64,000 nucleotides of DNA from contig NC_042998.1 in NCBI RefSeq assembly GCF_006345805.1, positions 181,846,001 to 181,910,000 of the forward strand. The letters are read 5' to 3'. This stretch comes from Octopus sinensis. Lineage: Eukaryota. Under the pieces are notes generated by a model. The model was not told the DNA's origin. It was given only the letters and a program-made list of their open reading frames with translations, and did not search any database. The number at the start of each line of letters is the position of its first letter. The first letter of the stretch is position 1. Below are positions 62,296-64,000 of the stretch, piece after piece. The position numbers and the translations under genes are program-made.

Positions 62296-62939
62296 ACCTA
62301 TATGTTGTTATTTATTAAGCCATTAGATTAAGGATTTGCAGAATAAAGTGCTCTGCGATTTGCAACAAATATGAAGTTAGAGTAAAGTGCAGGTAGTTCA
62401 GTATTTTATCCATTCAGCTATTTTGCTTTTAACACTTAATGTATCAGCAAACTAAATATTTGCATGGGATCCCAACACCTGATAAATTTTTTTATTGTTT
62501 TCCTTCTCTTCTTTTTCTGTCACTTGTAGACATGCTTGGTTTTTGTTAGAAAAGTAAACAGAAGTTAGCAGGAGTGCAGATTAATATGCTTAAAGGTATT
62601 AATACTTTCTGCTAAAACATTTCTGATTGGCTTTGTAAAATATATTGGTTTAAATGATCAATGCTGATGAAAGAATTAGTAAATTAATACTCACACCTGG
62701 GCAGAAGTTTTGATATTGCTAAATAATTCATTTTATTTTATTTTTCTTATACAGAGTTTTGCATTCAAATTTTGTGGCAGAATTTTGATAAACTGGATAT
62801 TTGAATACATGAATTGGTGGCATAATTGTTTTACAACTGTATACCTTAACCAACATTAACTTAAGGCACTGACACCTATTTTAAGCAAAAGCAGGCTGAG
62901 ACATGCAGTAGAGTAATGAACCTTCTTAATATTAGTTTT

Positions 62940-63570
62940 AAATTTTTGCACAAGTCCAGCGACTTTGAGGAAGGGGCTAAGTTGATTACATTGATCCCAG
63001 TGTTCAGATGGTACTTATTTTATTGACCTCAAAAGGATGAAGGGCAAAGTCAACTTCTGCAGAATTTGAACTCAGAACATGAAGACAAACAAAATGTTAT
63101 TAAGCATTTTGCCTGGCGTGCTAATGATTCTGCCAGTTTGTTATCCTGAGCCTTCTTAATATCAATTACTGATTTAAGGCAGCAAGCTAGCAGAATTGTT
63201 AGTATGCCAGTCAAAATGCTTAGTGGCATTTCATTTGTTTTCATATTCTGAGTTCAAATTCAACCTTCAGGATCAATATAAATAAGTACCAGTTGAACAC
63301 TAGGGTCAATGGAATCAACTTACATTCTTCCTTAAAATTGATGGCCTTGTGCCAAAATTTGAAACTAATATAATTTCTGATTTAGGTACAAAGCCAACAG
63401 TTTCAAGGGATGCACTCTGTCAATACCATTGACCAGTACTTCATTTTAGCGAATCCAAAAGGATGAAAGGCAAAATTGACTGTAATAGCATTTGAATTCA
63501 GAATGTAAAGTGCCAGAACAAATACCCAATGCATTTTTACCAACACTCTAGAAATTCTGCCAGTTCACAG
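62940..63570. mobile_element. Cluster of three decayed SINE family B copies (-, +, -)
   Basis: Repeated aggatgaa(a/g)ggcaaa...tttgaa(c/t)tcagaa strings and their reverse complement. Confidence 0.65.
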
Positions 63571-64000
63571 CCTAGAGCCTTAATATAATGACTACAGCGA
63601 AATATTCATAATTTTACAGGTAGTAAGCAGTTTGTTTTTTAACATAACTTTGAGGAGGAAGGGTAACTCTCATAGCTCTAAACAGGGTTTCATTGATATG
63701 AGGGAGGAAGTTATCCTCATAATGTAGGCTTGATTCAAATGTTTGCAACAGGGTGGCTTCTACTAAAGGTATGCAAAGGTCAAATGGTGGTATTAAACTA
63801 GGTAACAGATTAAGTCTATCTGTCAATCAAATTTTGCTCGCAAACTTGTAGTTGATTCAAAGCTTTAGTAGAAAATACTTGCCCAATATGCTATACAGAG
63901 TGATTGAACCTGAAACCACATAGCAATAAAGCAAACTACTGAGCCATGCCTATATCCATCTTAGTCTGACAACCTTTTGTCAATAAAGTTAGAGAGTATA

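Overview
AT-rich, repeat-dense animal genomic DNA, very probably Octopus (inferred from the tRNA-derived SINE families and RTE tails, not from a search). One protein-coding gene is well supported: a minus-strand mitoferrin (mitochondrial iron carrier, SLC25A37/28 family) with four coding exons, join(complement 37275..37475, 18466..18685, 10892..10948, 6480..7030). These give 1029 nt / 342 aa, all three introns are GT-AG, and the 57-nt third exon matches the vertebrate layout. The rest is mostly transposon debris: three SINE families, RTE and CR1-like LINE relics, a CCHC gag/ORF1 relic, maT and mariner transposases, Helitron Rep/helicase fragments, hAT and piggyBac-type MITEs, and microsatellites. 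Less ordinary features: (i) several small inverted-repeat elements at 39.5-53.9 kb that carry recognisable minimal type I hammerhead ribozyme cores or remnants and are probably Penelope-like derivatives; (ii) a higher-order concatemer of an RTE 3' end capped by a perfect 83-bp fold-back; (iii) recurrent fold-back palindromes at retroelement 5' ends; (iv) a near-identical inverted SINE pair; (v) a 942-bp tandem duplication; (vi) an in-frame uORF that stops 3 nt before the mitoferrin ATG. All family assignments come from reading motifs by eye. No alignment, folding or database search was run, and boundaries of degenerate repeats are approximate.
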